A stretch of 64,000 bases of DNA, taken from Polyangiaceae bacterium (lineage in GTDB: Bacteria > Myxococcota_A > Polyangia > Polyangiales > Polyangiaceae). The position numbers and the translations under genes are program-made. The notes under the pieces are model-generated. The model saw only the letters and a list, made by a program, of their open reading frames with translations, was not told where the DNA came from and ran no database searches. The stretch's first letter is position 1. Every line of letters starts with the position of its first letter. The DNA lies in the NCBI GenBank assembly GCA_033763455.1, contig JANRKO010000074.1, positions 54,715 to 118,714 of the forward strand. Direction: 5' to 3'. Positions 1 to 9,535 of this stretch are shown here, piece after piece.

Positions 1-128
1 CCGATTGCGCCACGCACGATCTGAAGCACAGTCGAGATTTTCACGAATGCCGTGAGCGTCATGAAGGCGAAGGGTAGGAGCGCGCTAGCAGCGACCAGCA
101 CAACTAGCGCGAGTGGGTTCGCGTCCAT
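1..128 (-). CDS. sctR: Type III export apparatus subunit SctR/FliP family, 5' part (runs off window)
   Basis: My translation from ATG 128: MDANPLALVVLVAASALLPFAFMTLTAFVKISTVLQIVRGAIG. This matches the YscR/FliP N-terminal pattern LLPF..M.T.F.KI..VL...R.A.G. The start overlaps the upstream stop (TGATG). Confidence 0.8.
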   Translation of the reverse strand, partial: MDANPLALVVLVAASALLPFAFMTLTAFVKISTVLQIVRGAI

Positions 129-448
129 CATTGTGGTTTCTCGTCGTTAGCAAGTGTTGGCAAAGCCTCCCCCACCTCAGCTGAAGATGAGGCCACGGTA
201 TGATTGCCCTCACCGAGCTTCACCAAGCCGGCTTCGCTCGCACCGATCACGTAGGTGGTGCTTCCTGCCCGCACCAAGTACACGGCTCTTCGCCCATCGA
301 GCGGCAGCTTGCCAAGGAGCTCCAGGGGCCCGTTGGGTCGCCCGAGGCCAGCGCGTCGAGCGCCGTACAGGATGAGCACCGCGAGCGCACTCACACCCAC
401 AAGGATGATCGAAGTTTGTACCACGTAGCTGACTACAGCGGGGCTCAC
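128..448 (-). CDS. fliO: FliO-family export-gate chaperone
   Basis: One N-terminal TM helix, then LELLGKLPLDGRRAVYLVRAGSTTYVIGASEAGLVKL, a typical FliO signature. Directly upstream of sctR/fliP. GTG 448 chosen as start. Confidence 0.75.
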   Translation of the reverse strand: MSPAVVSYVVQTSIILVGVSALAVLILYGARRAGLGRPNGPLELLGKLPLDGRRAVYLVRAGSTTYVIGASEAGLVKLGEGNHTVASSSAEVGEALPTLANDEKPQ

Positions 449-558
449 GGCTGCGGGGAGCCTACACCGGGGCACCGATGGCATGTCAGGGTCTTGCACC
501 TGCCGCACGCAGAAGCTACAGGCGGTGGGTCCAAGCGGCTTTTTTTCTGCCAGCTCGG

Positions 559-1785
559 ATGGCGCCCCCAGTGTCCGTGCACCCCGAGAATCTTCCCCGC
601 AGGTTCGGCAGATACGTCCTCTTCGACAAGATTGGGGAGGGCGGGATGGCTCGCATCTATTTGGGTCGGCCCGAAAGTGGCAGCGATAAGCTCTTGGTAG
701 TCAAGCAGATGCTGCCGTTGTTCTCGAACAGCGAGCGTTTTTCTAAGCTGCTTATCGACGAGGCGAAGCTCGCGGCTGAGCTCACCAACAGCAACATCGT
801 TCAAGTCTTCGATTTGGGGCGCGAGGGCGACGTCTTGTACATAGCCATGGAGTACGTGGAAGGCTTTGACCTTCGCCAGCTGCTCCAGCAGTGCAGCAAG
901 CGTCAGATCGCACTGCCCATTGAGTTTTCTTTGTTTGTTGTGGGGGAAACCTTGAAGGCGTTGGAGCATGCCCACAAGAAGAAAAACGAGCAGGGTGAGT
1001 CGCTCGGCATTGTGCATCGGGATGTTTCGCCCTCGAATGTTCTCTTGTCGTTTCACGGCGAGGTGAAGCTGTGTGATTTCGGGATTGCGCGTGCCATGGC
1101 GGCGCGTGAAGAGGTGCCCGACGAAGCGATTGAGGGCAAAGCTGGCTATATGAGTCCGGAAGCCGCGCGCGGTGAACCCATCGACGCACGCGCTGACGTA
1201 TTCTCGGTAGGCATTGTGCTGTGGGAGCTTGTGGCTGGGAGGAAGCTCTACCGGGGCGGCGGAGTGGGGCGAATGCCCAGCCTCGAACAAGCGAGCCAAG
1301 CTGAAATTCCTGCGCTTCCCGAGCGAGGCCTGCCGCACGAAACCGAGCTGCATCGCATCATCGGGCGCGCTCTCAGTGTGGATCGGGATATGCGTTACGC
1401 TTCCTGCCGGGACATGCGCCGCGATCTGGAAGCGTACGTGCTCGAAGCGGGCCTTACCGTGAGCCAGCTCAAATTCGGCGAATGGATCACCCAGAATTTC
1501 GGCACGGAGATCATCGAGCTGCGGCGCGAACGCGAGCGCGCCGCACGGGCATGGTTGAGCGAACGGCCACCGGCGCCCGTAGCGGTGAAGCCGTCGGAGC
1601 CGAAAGTTGCGACGGCAGTTCCGAGCGAGCGCCGAATTGAGGCCAAGCCTGGTCAGGCAGTGCGCAGCGAAGCGCCACTTCCTGGGACCCCGGCGGGCAC
1701 AACCGCAGGCGGGGGGAGCCCCGTGGTTGCCGTGTTAGGCGTCCTTCTGCTGGCGCTCATCGCGGCTTTCTGGCTACTTCGCTAG
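559..1785 (+). CDS. Hanks-type Ser/Thr protein kinase with C-terminal membrane anchor
   Basis: Motifs GEGGMA, VVK, HRDVSPSN, DFG and YMSPE; Pro/Ala linker and terminal hydrophobic helix. Confidence 0.95.
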   Translation: MAPPVSVHPENLPRRFGRYVLFDKIGEGGMARIYLGRPESGSDKLLVVKQMLPLFSNSERFSKLLIDEAKLAAELTNSNIVQVFDLGREGDVLYIAMEYVEGFDLRQLLQQCSKRQIALPIEFSLFVVGETLKALEHAHKKKNEQGESLGIVHRDVSPSNVLLSFHGEVKLCDFGIARAMAAREEVPDEAIEGKAGYMSPEAARGEPIDARADVFSVGIVLWELVAGRKLYRGGGVGRMPSLEQASQAEIPALPERGLPHETELHRIIGRALSVDRDMRYASCRDMRRDLEAYVLEAGLTVSQLKFGEWITQNFGTEIIELRRERERAARAWLSERPPAPVAVKPSEPKVATAVPSERRIEAKPGQAVRSEAPLPGTPAGTTAGGGSPVVAVLGVLLLALIAAFWLLR

Positions 1786-1786
1786 C

Positions 1787-4027
1787 GTGTTCGCTCGCGT
1801 TGCCGTTCCTGTTCCGTTGGGCCGTGCGTTTACGTACGAGGTGCCAGCAGCGCTTTTGAGCCAAGTGGTGCGTGGCGCTCGCGTGCTCTGCCCATTTGGT
1901 AAGCGCCGCATTGCGGGCGTCGTGTTGGAGTTGGTGGAGCAAGGGCCAGATATTCCAGTCGATAAGATCAAGAGCATCTTGGCGGTGGTGGATGCTGAGC
2001 CCGTGCTCGGAGATGAGCTGCTCAGCTTCTTGCTGGAGCTCAGCCGGTATTATCTGGCGCCGATTGGTGAGGTGATGCGTCTGGCTTTGCCTGCTGTGGA
2101 GCGCTCACGAGCTAACGCCCTTGAGGAGGCCGGGCTTTTGCAGAACGTCAAGCTGGGCGCGGTGGGGCGCATGGCGCAGTTTGCACGGCTGGAAGCCGGC
2201 GCGGATATGAGCGCACTCGCTGGCCAAGCGCTTGAGATTGTGCAGGCGCTTGCGGCAGGAGAGCAAGCCGTAGCGTCGCTCGGGAAGAAGTTCAAAAGTG
2301 CCCGTAGCGTGCTCGCTAGGCTTCAGAAGATGGGTGTGGTGCAGCTTGAGCAGCGCGCAGCGCTGCAGGATCCATTTGCCGCCGTGCCCACCGAGCGGGA
2401 GCCACCCAAGGTGCTTACGGGTGAACAAGCATTGGCTGTTGCTGCCATTCAGGAGCAGCTCACACTGAAAGTGCCTGGGCAATTCTTGCTCGATGGAGTC
2501 ACGGGTTCTGGAAAAACAGAAGTTTACCTGTGTGCCGTCGAACATTGCGTTGCACAGGGAGGAGGCGCATTGATCCTCGTGCCCGAGATCGCGCTGACTC
2601 CGCAGCTTGTGGGTCGTTTTCGGGCACGCCTCGGGGAGGGCGTTGCCGTGGTGCACAGTGGGCTTACCGAAGGGCAGCGCTACTCCATGTGGAAAGCGTT
2701 GCATTCGGGCGAACTCAAGGTGGCGGTAGGTGCCCGGTCTGCGCTCTTTGCTCCCGTAAGAAATCTACAGTTACTCTGCGTTGACGAAGAACACGACGGC
2801 TCCTTCAAGCAAGAAGAGGGGGTCCGTTATCATGCACGCGACATGGCGCTTTTACGCGCTCACCGTGCCGGGGCCGTGTGTGTGCTCGGCACAGCGACGC
2901 CCTCGCTGGCTACCGAGGCTTTAGTGCGCAACGGGCGAATCACTCGACTCCGCCTTCCGACCCGTGCGCGGGAAGCCGCACGCTTGCCGAGCGTAGAGAT
3001 TGTCGACCTGCGGCGTATGGGCCCGGGGCCCACGGGCGATCGCTGGCTCTCGCTCCCCATGTATCGAGCCATTGAGCGCACCTTGGCGGACAAGGGGCAA
3101 ACGATCCTATTTCTTAACCGGCGCGGTTACGCACCCAGTCTTATTTGCGACGCGTGTGGGCATATTGTGGAGTGCCCCAATTGTTCAGTGTCGCTCACTG
3201 TGCATCGGGTGCGGCGCGAAGAGGTGTGTTGCCATTATTGCGACTACACGAGCGCGTTGCCAAAGGCGTGCCCCAAGTGCCACTCGAAGCATTTTTGTGA
3301 AGAAGGCGCGGGCACCGAGCGGGTGGTGGCCGTCCTCGAACAAGCCTTTCCCGCGGCCAGAATTGCGCGGCTAGACCGCGATATTGCCGCCGGCGCCAAA
3401 AGCGAAGGGGTGCTGAAGCGGGTGCGCCAAGGTGAGGTGGATATTTTGGTGGGCACGCAAATGGTCACCAAAGGCCATGATTTACCGAACGTTACCTTTG
3501 TGGGCGTTTTGAACGCAGATGCGGCCCTGGCTGTGCCCGATTTTAACGCCAGCGAGCGCAGCTTTCATCTGTTGGTCCAAGTAGCAGGCCGTGCGGGGCG
3601 TGGTGACACACCTGGCACCGTGATGATCCAAACTCGGCAGCCCGATCACCCCGCCGTGCGCCTGGCGGCGCACCACGACGTAGCCGCGTTTGCGGAAGTC
3701 GCGTTGCGGGAGCGTGAAGAGCTTGGCTATCCTCCTTATTCAAGGATTGCGTTGGTGCGTTTCGATGGTCTGAACGAACAGGCGGTGCGAAAAGAGGCGC
3801 TGCGCCTCACCGAGCTCGCACGTCGCGTGGCGTCGCCGAAGGTGGAAGTTCTGGGGCCGGCCCCGGCGCCCATTGCGCGGGTGCGCAATCGCTACCGATA
3901 CCGGTTCATGTTGCGCAGCCGCGATCGCAAAGAGTTGCGCCAAACATTGCTAGCTGTTGCTCGCGCCATGAGCGATCGCATGGTGCGCGTGAGTATTGAT
4001 GTCGATCCGGTGAGCCTGTTAACGTAG
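1787..4027 (+). CDS. priA: Primosomal protein N' (replication restart helicase)
   Basis: GVTGSGKTEVY, LVPEIALTPQ, DEEHD, four CxxC zinc pairs, GTQMVTKGHD, QVAGRAGR. Confidence 0.98.
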   Translation: MFARVAVPVPLGRAFTYEVPAALLSQVVRGARVLCPFGKRRIAGVVLELVEQGPDIPVDKIKSILAVVDAEPVLGDELLSFLLELSRYYLAPIGEVMRLALPAVERSRANALEEAGLLQNVKLGAVGRMAQFARLEAGADMSALAGQALEIVQALAAGEQAVASLGKKFKSARSVLARLQKMGVVQLEQRAALQDPFAAVPTEREPPKVLTGEQALAVAAIQEQLTLKVPGQFLLDGVTGSGKTEVYLCAVEHCVAQGGGALILVPEIALTPQLVGRFRARLGEGVAVVHSGLTEGQRYSMWKALHSGELKVAVGARSALFAPVRNLQLLCVDEEHDGSFKQEEGVRYHARDMALLRAHRAGAVCVLGTATPSLATEALVRNGRITRLRLPTRAREAARLPSVEIVDLRRMGPGPTGDRWLSLPMYRAIERTLADKGQTILFLNRRGYAPSLICDACGHIVECPNCSVSLTVHRVRREEVCCHYCDYTSALPKACPKCHSKHFCEEGAGTERVVAVLEQAFPAARIARLDRDIAAGAKSEGVLKRVRQGEVDILVGTQMVTKGHDLPNVTFVGVLNADAALAVPDFNASERSFHLLVQVAGRAGRGDTPGTVMIQTRQPDHPAVRLAAHHDVAAFAEVALREREELGYPPYSRIALVRFDGLNEQAVRKEALRLTELARRVASPKVEVLGPAPAPIARVRNRYRYRFMLRSRDRKELRQTLLAVARAMSDRMVRVSIDVDPVSLLT

Positions 4028-4272
4028 GGTAAATCTCAGGGTTCGGTCGGGGTGGAGAGTGGGAGGGACTCTTTGAGTTTGGTGGGGAGAGTGAGAGGGC
4101 GTGGGGGACCGCGACGCTCAGATGTCTTTCGAGCCACCTGCAGCCCTCGCAGCCCACTCGGTAGATACTTAGCATGCTAAGTATTGCTCACACTGCTGGG
4201 ACACCTCTCCCCGGAGCGCGCAACACCTTCTCCAACCTTGACTGCGCCGCCTTCCCGGACCATTTCTGTTCT

Positions 4273-5337
4273 ATGTTTAGCGGGGGCGATCCAGGGTTCT
4301 GCATCATTCATGCGGCTGACCTGCATTTGGGCGCCCGGCGTTTTACTCAAGGCATGCCGAAGAACTTGGGCCTCCGGGAGAAGCTCTTCCATGCCGATCG
4401 CCTGGCCTTCTCTGCGCTGCTGGATCTCTGCATTTCAGAGCGTGCCAGGTTTCTCTTGTGCTCGGGGGATGTGATAGACGGTTGGTGTCGCGATGCGAGC
4501 GCTGGGCTATTTCTCGCAACAGAGCTCTTGCGGCTGCGGGAGGTTGGGTGTGAAACGCTCATCTTGCTCGGTAATCACGACATTCGTTCGCGCGCGATGC
4601 GGTCGCTCTTGTTGCCCTGTCAAGCTTCCTTAATTGGCGTGCAGGGGCCGGAAACGCGCAACAATGAACAGCTGGGGTTTTCCGTGCACGGTTGGAGTTT
4701 GCCCAGTGTTGCGCCCGGTGACGATGTGGTGTCGCACTATCCTGAGCCGATTTCAGGGCATCTAAACGTTGGGTTGCTGCACACCAGCGCCGAGGGCTGT
4801 AGAGGCCACATCGATTACGCCCCCTGTTCGCGTCTGAGCCTGCGCCGCAAGGGATATGATTATTGGGCACTCGGCCATGTGCACACTCGTGAGGTGGTGG
4901 CCACCAATCCGTGGATTGTGTTTCCCGGAAACCTGCAAGGGCGTGGGTTTCGTGAGCCGGGAGGCAAAGGTGCCACTCGCGTTGAAGTGCAGAACGGAAA
5001 CGTTGTGTCAGCGGAGCACCGCGCCATCAGTGCCGTGCAGTTCGAAAACTTGATCGTGGATGACCCGTCCATCTCAAGCTTTGAGCACATCGTGGAGGCG
5101 GTGCGATTAGCGGGAATGCGGGCCGCTCTGCGAGCGGGGCGTTGCCCGTTGGTGGTGCGCGTAGTGGTTTCCGGGGTGGAAAGCTCAGCAGCACTGCTCA
5201 GGGTGCCGTCGAAGCGCCGGCGCGTGGCGCTAGAATGGGCGCTCGGCGATCTCCCTCAGGAGTCGGTGTTTCTCGACGAACTCTGGATGGAGCCGGGCAG
5301 CTTCTCTGGCCCGATTCGCCTGGATGTTGCCGCGTAG
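4273..5337 (+). CDS. Mre11/SbcD (YhaO-like) metallophosphoesterase DNA repair exonuclease
   Basis: HAADLHLG, GDVID, GNHD, LLHT, YWALGHVH, PGNLQGR. Start uncertain (4174 or 4273). Confidence 0.88.
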   Translation: MFSGGDPGFCIIHAADLHLGARRFTQGMPKNLGLREKLFHADRLAFSALLDLCISERARFLLCSGDVIDGWCRDASAGLFLATELLRLREVGCETLILLGNHDIRSRAMRSLLLPCQASLIGVQGPETRNNEQLGFSVHGWSLPSVAPGDDVVSHYPEPISGHLNVGLLHTSAEGCRGHIDYAPCSRLSLRRKGYDYWALGHVHTREVVATNPWIVFPGNLQGRGFREPGGKGATRVEVQNGNVVSAEHRAISAVQFENLIVDDPSISSFEHIVEAVRLAGMRAALRAGRCPLVVRVVVSGVESSAALLRVPSKRRRVALEWALGDLPQESVFLDELWMEPGSFSGPIRLDVAA

Positions 5338-5377
5338 TGACGCCAGCGGGCATGCTCTTCTGGTGCGTGGTTCGGGC

Positions 5378-5911
5378 GTGAGGTGCTTGCTGGTCGGTTT
5401 GGTGTGTGGGGCGGCATGTCTGGTGGCGCCAGCGGCGGGCGCGTTCGAGAATCAATGGCAGCTCGGTTTCTCGCTTGGCCCAGCAACGGCTCTCCACAGG
5501 TCCCTTGGTTGGGGGCCGAGTGTGGCGTTAGACGGTGTTTATGGCCTAAGTGATACCTTCGATGCTGAGGTTTTCTTGCAGGGCTTTCAGCTGCCCAATG
5601 ACGGCAATCGTAGTTGGCGTGCGGGGCTTGTCGCCGCGGGTGTTGCCTACAAGTTGGACATCATTCAGTGGGTACCAAAGCTCGGCTTGCATGCTGGATA
5701 CTTTGGCGCGACTACTGAAATCTCGGGAGCGCAAGATGTGCGGCTGCCACAGGCTGGAGTCCTTGTGGGGGTGGTGCCCGGGCTCGACTATGCTTATTCG
5801 CGATCGCTTGGACTTGGGATTTCTGGGCGCTTTGAGAGCATTCTCAGCCGGCGTGTGCCGCCTTCGCTCGTCAGTGTGATCTTGAGTGCAGAGTACCGGT
5901 GGGGCTGGTGA
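5378..5911 (+). CDS. Small outer-membrane beta-barrel-like protein
   Basis: Signal peptide ending AGA, alternating amphipathic strands, C-terminal aromatic motif AEYRWGW. Start uncertain. Confidence 0.65.
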   Translation: MRCLLVGLVCGAACLVAPAAGAFENQWQLGFSLGPATALHRSLGWGPSVALDGVYGLSDTFDAEVFLQGFQLPNDGNRSWRAGLVAAGVAYKLDIIQWVPKLGLHAGYFGATTEISGAQDVRLPQAGVLVGVVPGLDYAYSRSLGLGISGRFESILSRRVPPSLVSVILSAEYRWGW

Positions 5912-8199
5912 ACGCTCGGTGTTCTTCCGCCGCAGGTTTTTTGCTCTCGGGTGCTCTCGCCCTTCTGAGCTGTAGCCGCAGTTCGCGCCCGCTCGAAACG
6001 GAAGACGCTTCCACGGCGGCAGCGGCCAACATGCGCGCCCAGAGTCAGCAGCAGCTGGTTTCCAGCGCTAAAGTGAGCGCAGCGGGGGCATCTGATGATT
6101 TTAGATATCTGCCGCAGCCGAGCGCAGCATTGAGCCAAGCTATCGCCAGGGTTCGTTTGGAAGATTACGCCACTGCTGATGAGCTTCTCGGTAAGCTGGT
6201 TGGGCGGGAGCAGGCGTTGCCCGAAGTGCGCTACCTCCGAGCCAAAGTGAAAAAAGGGCTCGAACAGTGCGAACAGGTGTTGCCGCTACTGGTGGAGTTG
6301 GACGGGAAGCTTGGGGTGCTTGATGAAGATCTGCCCCGGTTTCGCGCCTACTGTGAGCTTGGTGTGGGGCCTTTTGACAAAGCGGCTCAGTACTTCTCGG
6401 CTTCTTCCGATCCTCGAGACTGGCTCTCGGCGGCCGTGGCCGAGGAACGAGCAGGTAAGCTCGAAGTGGCGCGAAAGCTGACCGACAAAATCCTATTGAA
6501 GTTGCCGAAAGGTGCCAAAGAGCTGGAATTTCAGACGCGTGTAGTTCGGGCGCGGCTGGCCGAGGCGCAGAAGCTTTCACCTCTGGCGGCCACGGAGCTT
6601 CGGTGGTTGGCCACGATGCACCCGACACGAGCTGAAACAGCCACGGCCCCGGCTCGGCTGGCGGCGCTCTCCAAATACCCACTCACCCCTAAGGAACGCC
6701 TCACACGCGCCAAAGCTTTTTCCCAAGCGGGTCAAGTGGAAGCCTGTGAACAGGAATTGGCGCTTGTGCCGCAAGCTTCCGCCAAAAAAGGCGAACGCCA
6801 GAGCCTCTTGGGCTGGGCAAACTACACGAGCCGTAAAGATTACCTGAAAGCAGCAGAGCTATTAAGCTCGGCGGCTCGCAAGGGGAGCCGCGATCCGGTG
6901 ATGGATCTGTTCTACGCTGCGCGCGCTCTTTCGCGGGGCGATGACGATGAGCACGCATTGCGAAAGTACTCTGAGGTTGCTCAGCTGTACCCGAAAACGG
7001 TGTGGGCAGATCACTCGCGTTATCAGCGCGCACGTTTGCTGTTCATCCTTGGGCGCTGGAAGGAGTCGGAGGCCGCCTACCTTGATTATCAAAAGCGTTT
7101 GGGCAAAGCGGCTCGGCACAAATCCGACGTTCAGCGCGAGTTGGCGGTGTTATGGCTTATTTTGGGAAAATCCAAGCTCGCGGCTCCCGCGTTTGGGAAT
7201 CTAGCCAAGCAGGCAAAGGCGAGCCCCATGTACCAAGAAGGGCAGGCCGTGGCGCTGGAGCTCGGTGGCCAACGCGCCGAGGCGTCCAAGCTGTATCGAG
7301 AGATCATCGAGCGTGAGCCTTTGTCCTTGGCGGCGCAGTTGAGCCGGCTCCGTTTGTCTGCACTAGGTGAAAATGTGCCGGCCTTTCCAGCGTTAGTGCC
7401 GAAGCTGCGGCCCGCGAGACTCAAACCCAAACTTCCGCACAAAGTGCTGGCGCTCCTTGCTCTCGGGCTGGATCGCGAAGCCGAAAAAGTGCTCAAGGAA
7501 CACGAGGTCGACCTTGCTCGAGAATTCCCAACGCGCAAAGCCGAGGCGTTGTGTGCTGCGTACGGTGAATTGGCGACGGCCGAGCGACGTTTTCAGCTTG
7601 GCATGAACAACGCCAAGCCAGGTGCGTTCGATGCTTTGCCCGCACCCGAAGCCGAATGGCTATGGGAATGCGCGTACCCTCAACCTTACGCGGAACACGT
7701 ACAGCAATCGAGCACAGCCCAAGTGTCGAGTGCCCTCTTGTTTGGGCTCATGCGTCAAGAAAGCGGGTTCCGCGTGCAGGTGCAGTCGGCGGCGGCGGCG
7801 CGCGGGCTGATGCAAATTATCGACCCTACCGCCCAGCGAATTGCGCAAGATTTGGGCTTAGATCCACACTCGGTGAAGCTCGACCGCCCTCACATCAACG
7901 TGAGGTTTGGGGCTCACTATTTGGATAAGTTGGTGTCAACGTTCCAGGGCTCCGTGCCGCTGGCTCTTGCCGCGTACAACGCGGGGCCTCCCGCTGTGGC
8001 GCGTTGGCTAGAAAAAGGCCACGGGCTACCGCTAGACCTGTTCATTGCCAGTATCCCTTACGAAGAGACGCGCGGATACGTAGAACGAGTGATGAGCAAC
8101 TGGCTTCATTACGCCTATCTATCGGGAGATAGCTCGGGCTTGTCTCGGGTATCCCTGAAGCTACCCCAAGCAGTGAAGCTCGGCCCGGACGCCTATTAG
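5908..8199 (+). CDS. Slt-type lytic transglycosylase lipoprotein with TPR repeats
   Basis: Lipobox LALLSC, helical TPR-like body, catalytic motifs RQESGF, ARGLMQI, AAYNAG, ETRGYV. Confidence 0.93.
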   Translation: MNARCSSAAGFLLSGALALLSCSRSSRPLETEDASTAAAANMRAQSQQQLVSSAKVSAAGASDDFRYLPQPSAALSQAIARVRLEDYATADELLGKLVGREQALPEVRYLRAKVKKGLEQCEQVLPLLVELDGKLGVLDEDLPRFRAYCELGVGPFDKAAQYFSASSDPRDWLSAAVAEERAGKLEVARKLTDKILLKLPKGAKELEFQTRVVRARLAEAQKLSPLAATELRWLATMHPTRAETATAPARLAALSKYPLTPKERLTRAKAFSQAGQVEACEQELALVPQASAKKGERQSLLGWANYTSRKDYLKAAELLSSAARKGSRDPVMDLFYAARALSRGDDDEHALRKYSEVAQLYPKTVWADHSRYQRARLLFILGRWKESEAAYLDYQKRLGKAARHKSDVQRELAVLWLILGKSKLAAPAFGNLAKQAKASPMYQEGQAVALELGGQRAEASKLYREIIEREPLSLAAQLSRLRLSALGENVPAFPALVPKLRPARLKPKLPHKVLALLALGLDREAEKVLKEHEVDLAREFPTRKAEALCAAYGELATAERRFQLGMNNAKPGAFDALPAPEAEWLWECAYPQPYAEHVQQSSTAQVSSALLFGLMRQESGFRVQVQSAAAARGLMQIIDPTAQRIAQDLGLDPHSVKLDRPHINVRFGAHYLDKLVSTFQGSVPLALAAYNAGPPAVARWLEKGHGLPLDLFIASIPYEETRGYVERVMSNWLHYAYLSGDSSGLSRVSLKLPQAVKLGPDAY

Positions 8200-8201
8200 G
8201 G

Positions 8202-9494
8202 TTACGTAGAGGTTGGCTGCGAAGCTCGGAGGCTGGTTGCTCGCGGCCGCAAAAGCACACGCCGCACGCGGCGGCGTCGCACTTCGTCGACGATTGCGTC
8301 GAACGCTCCAATACGCACTTCGTCACCGGGATGCGCCGGGCGCCCGAGCATAGAGGTAATGTAGCCGGCCAAGGTATCTTCCGCCTCAGCCGACCCAGTA
8401 TCTAGGCCTGCCACCATGAGCTCGTGCACGAGCACGGCTCCTTCGGCGATGATGGTACCATCATCACGCAGGTGGATGCGTGGAGCTTCCTTGTCGAGTT
8501 CGTCGGTGATTTCCCCGACCACGGCTTCTACGGCATCTTCGAGTGTTACCAGGCCTGACGTTCCGCCAAACTCATCGACCACGATCGCGATCGGAATACC
8601 TTCCCGCTGAAACTCGGACAGCACATCCCCGACCAGCGAAGACTCCGGAACGAACAACAGCTTCCTGACGCGCGAGCGCAAGTTCTCAGAGCCGCCGGCT
8701 GGAGAGACGAACAGATCCTTCACGTAAAGATACCCGGTTATCTCGTCGGCGCCACCATGTTCACTCACAGGATAACGGCTGAAGCCATGATGGCGTGCGG
8801 CCTTGAGGCTCACCTCTGGAGGATCCGCAAGCGCGAGCGTGGTCATGTCGACGCGAGGCACCATGATGGCGCGCACCGGCAGGTCAAAACCTCCGAGGAC
8901 TCGGGTGAGCGTTTCCCGCTTTCGCTGATCGAGGCCCGATTCGGCGAAAGCACTCTGCAACACGATGCGCAACTCCGCGACCGAGAGAGCGTCGTTTCCG
9001 TGCTCCGCGGGGCGTACGCCTACCGTGCGCAGCAGGAGATTAGAGACGCCATTTAGTACCCAGAGTGCTGGCGAAAAAAGCCAGTAACACACCCCCATGG
9101 CTGCGGCAGTTTGGCGCGAAACGGCTTCTGGGAATTGGATGGCAAGGGATTTGGGGACAAGCTCACCCAAGATGATGTGAAGCACGCTAATGATCACGAA
9201 GGCGGTGGTGAGTGAAATAGCGTGACTGGCCTTTTCCGAAACCCCGAGGCCCGAGAGCAACGGCCCAAGCAGAGTGGCCACAGCCGGCTCACCCAACCAA
9301 CCGAGCGCCAAGGAAGCCAAGGTGATCCCGAGCTGCGTGGCGGCAAGGTACCCGTCCAATTTTCGGATGGCGGCAAGGGCTGCTTCGGCTTTGCTGTCGC
9401 CGGTCGCGGCCAGAGCCTGAAGCGACGTAGGGCGCACCTTGGCCAGCGCGAACTCCGTAGCCACGAAGAAGGCGTTTGCGAAAACACAGATCAA
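8202..9494 (-). CDS. HlyC/CorC (CNNM/DUF21 + CBS + CorC) family transporter
   Basis: NAFFVATEFAL, QLGITLASLALGWLGEP, GELVPK, FSRYPV, VVDEFGGTSGLVTLED. The natural start looks like GTG 9530 but an in-frame TAA interrupts it (see findings). Confidence 0.92.
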   Translation of the reverse strand: MICVFANAFFVATEFALAKVRPTSLQALAATGDSKAEAALAAIRKLDGYLAATQLGITLASLALGWLGEPAVATLLGPLLSGLGVSEKASHAISLTTAFVIISVLHIILGELVPKSLAIQFPEAVSRQTAAAMGVCYWLFSPALWVLNGVSNLLLRTVGVRPAEHGNDALSVAELRIVLQSAFAESGLDQRKRETLTRVLGGFDLPVRAIMVPRVDMTTLALADPPEVSLKAARHHGFSRYPVSEHGGADEITGYLYVKDLFVSPAGGSENLRSRVRKLLFVPESSLVGDVLSEFQREGIPIAIVVDEFGGTSGLVTLEDAVEAVVGEITDELDKEAPRIHLRDDGTIIAEGAVLVHELMVAGLDTGSAEAEDTLAGYITSMLGRPAHPGDEVRIGAFDAIVDEVRRRRVRRVLLRPRATSLRASQPTST

Positions 9495-9535
9495 AACAGC
9501 CAGGAGCAGCAGACCTTAGGATGCTGGCACAGCTC

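Noticed and set aside
445..1353. 302-aa antisense ORF over the kinase, and similar long shadow ORFs elsewhere
   Set aside because: These are antisense to well-supported genes and are an expected by-product of high-GC codon bias.
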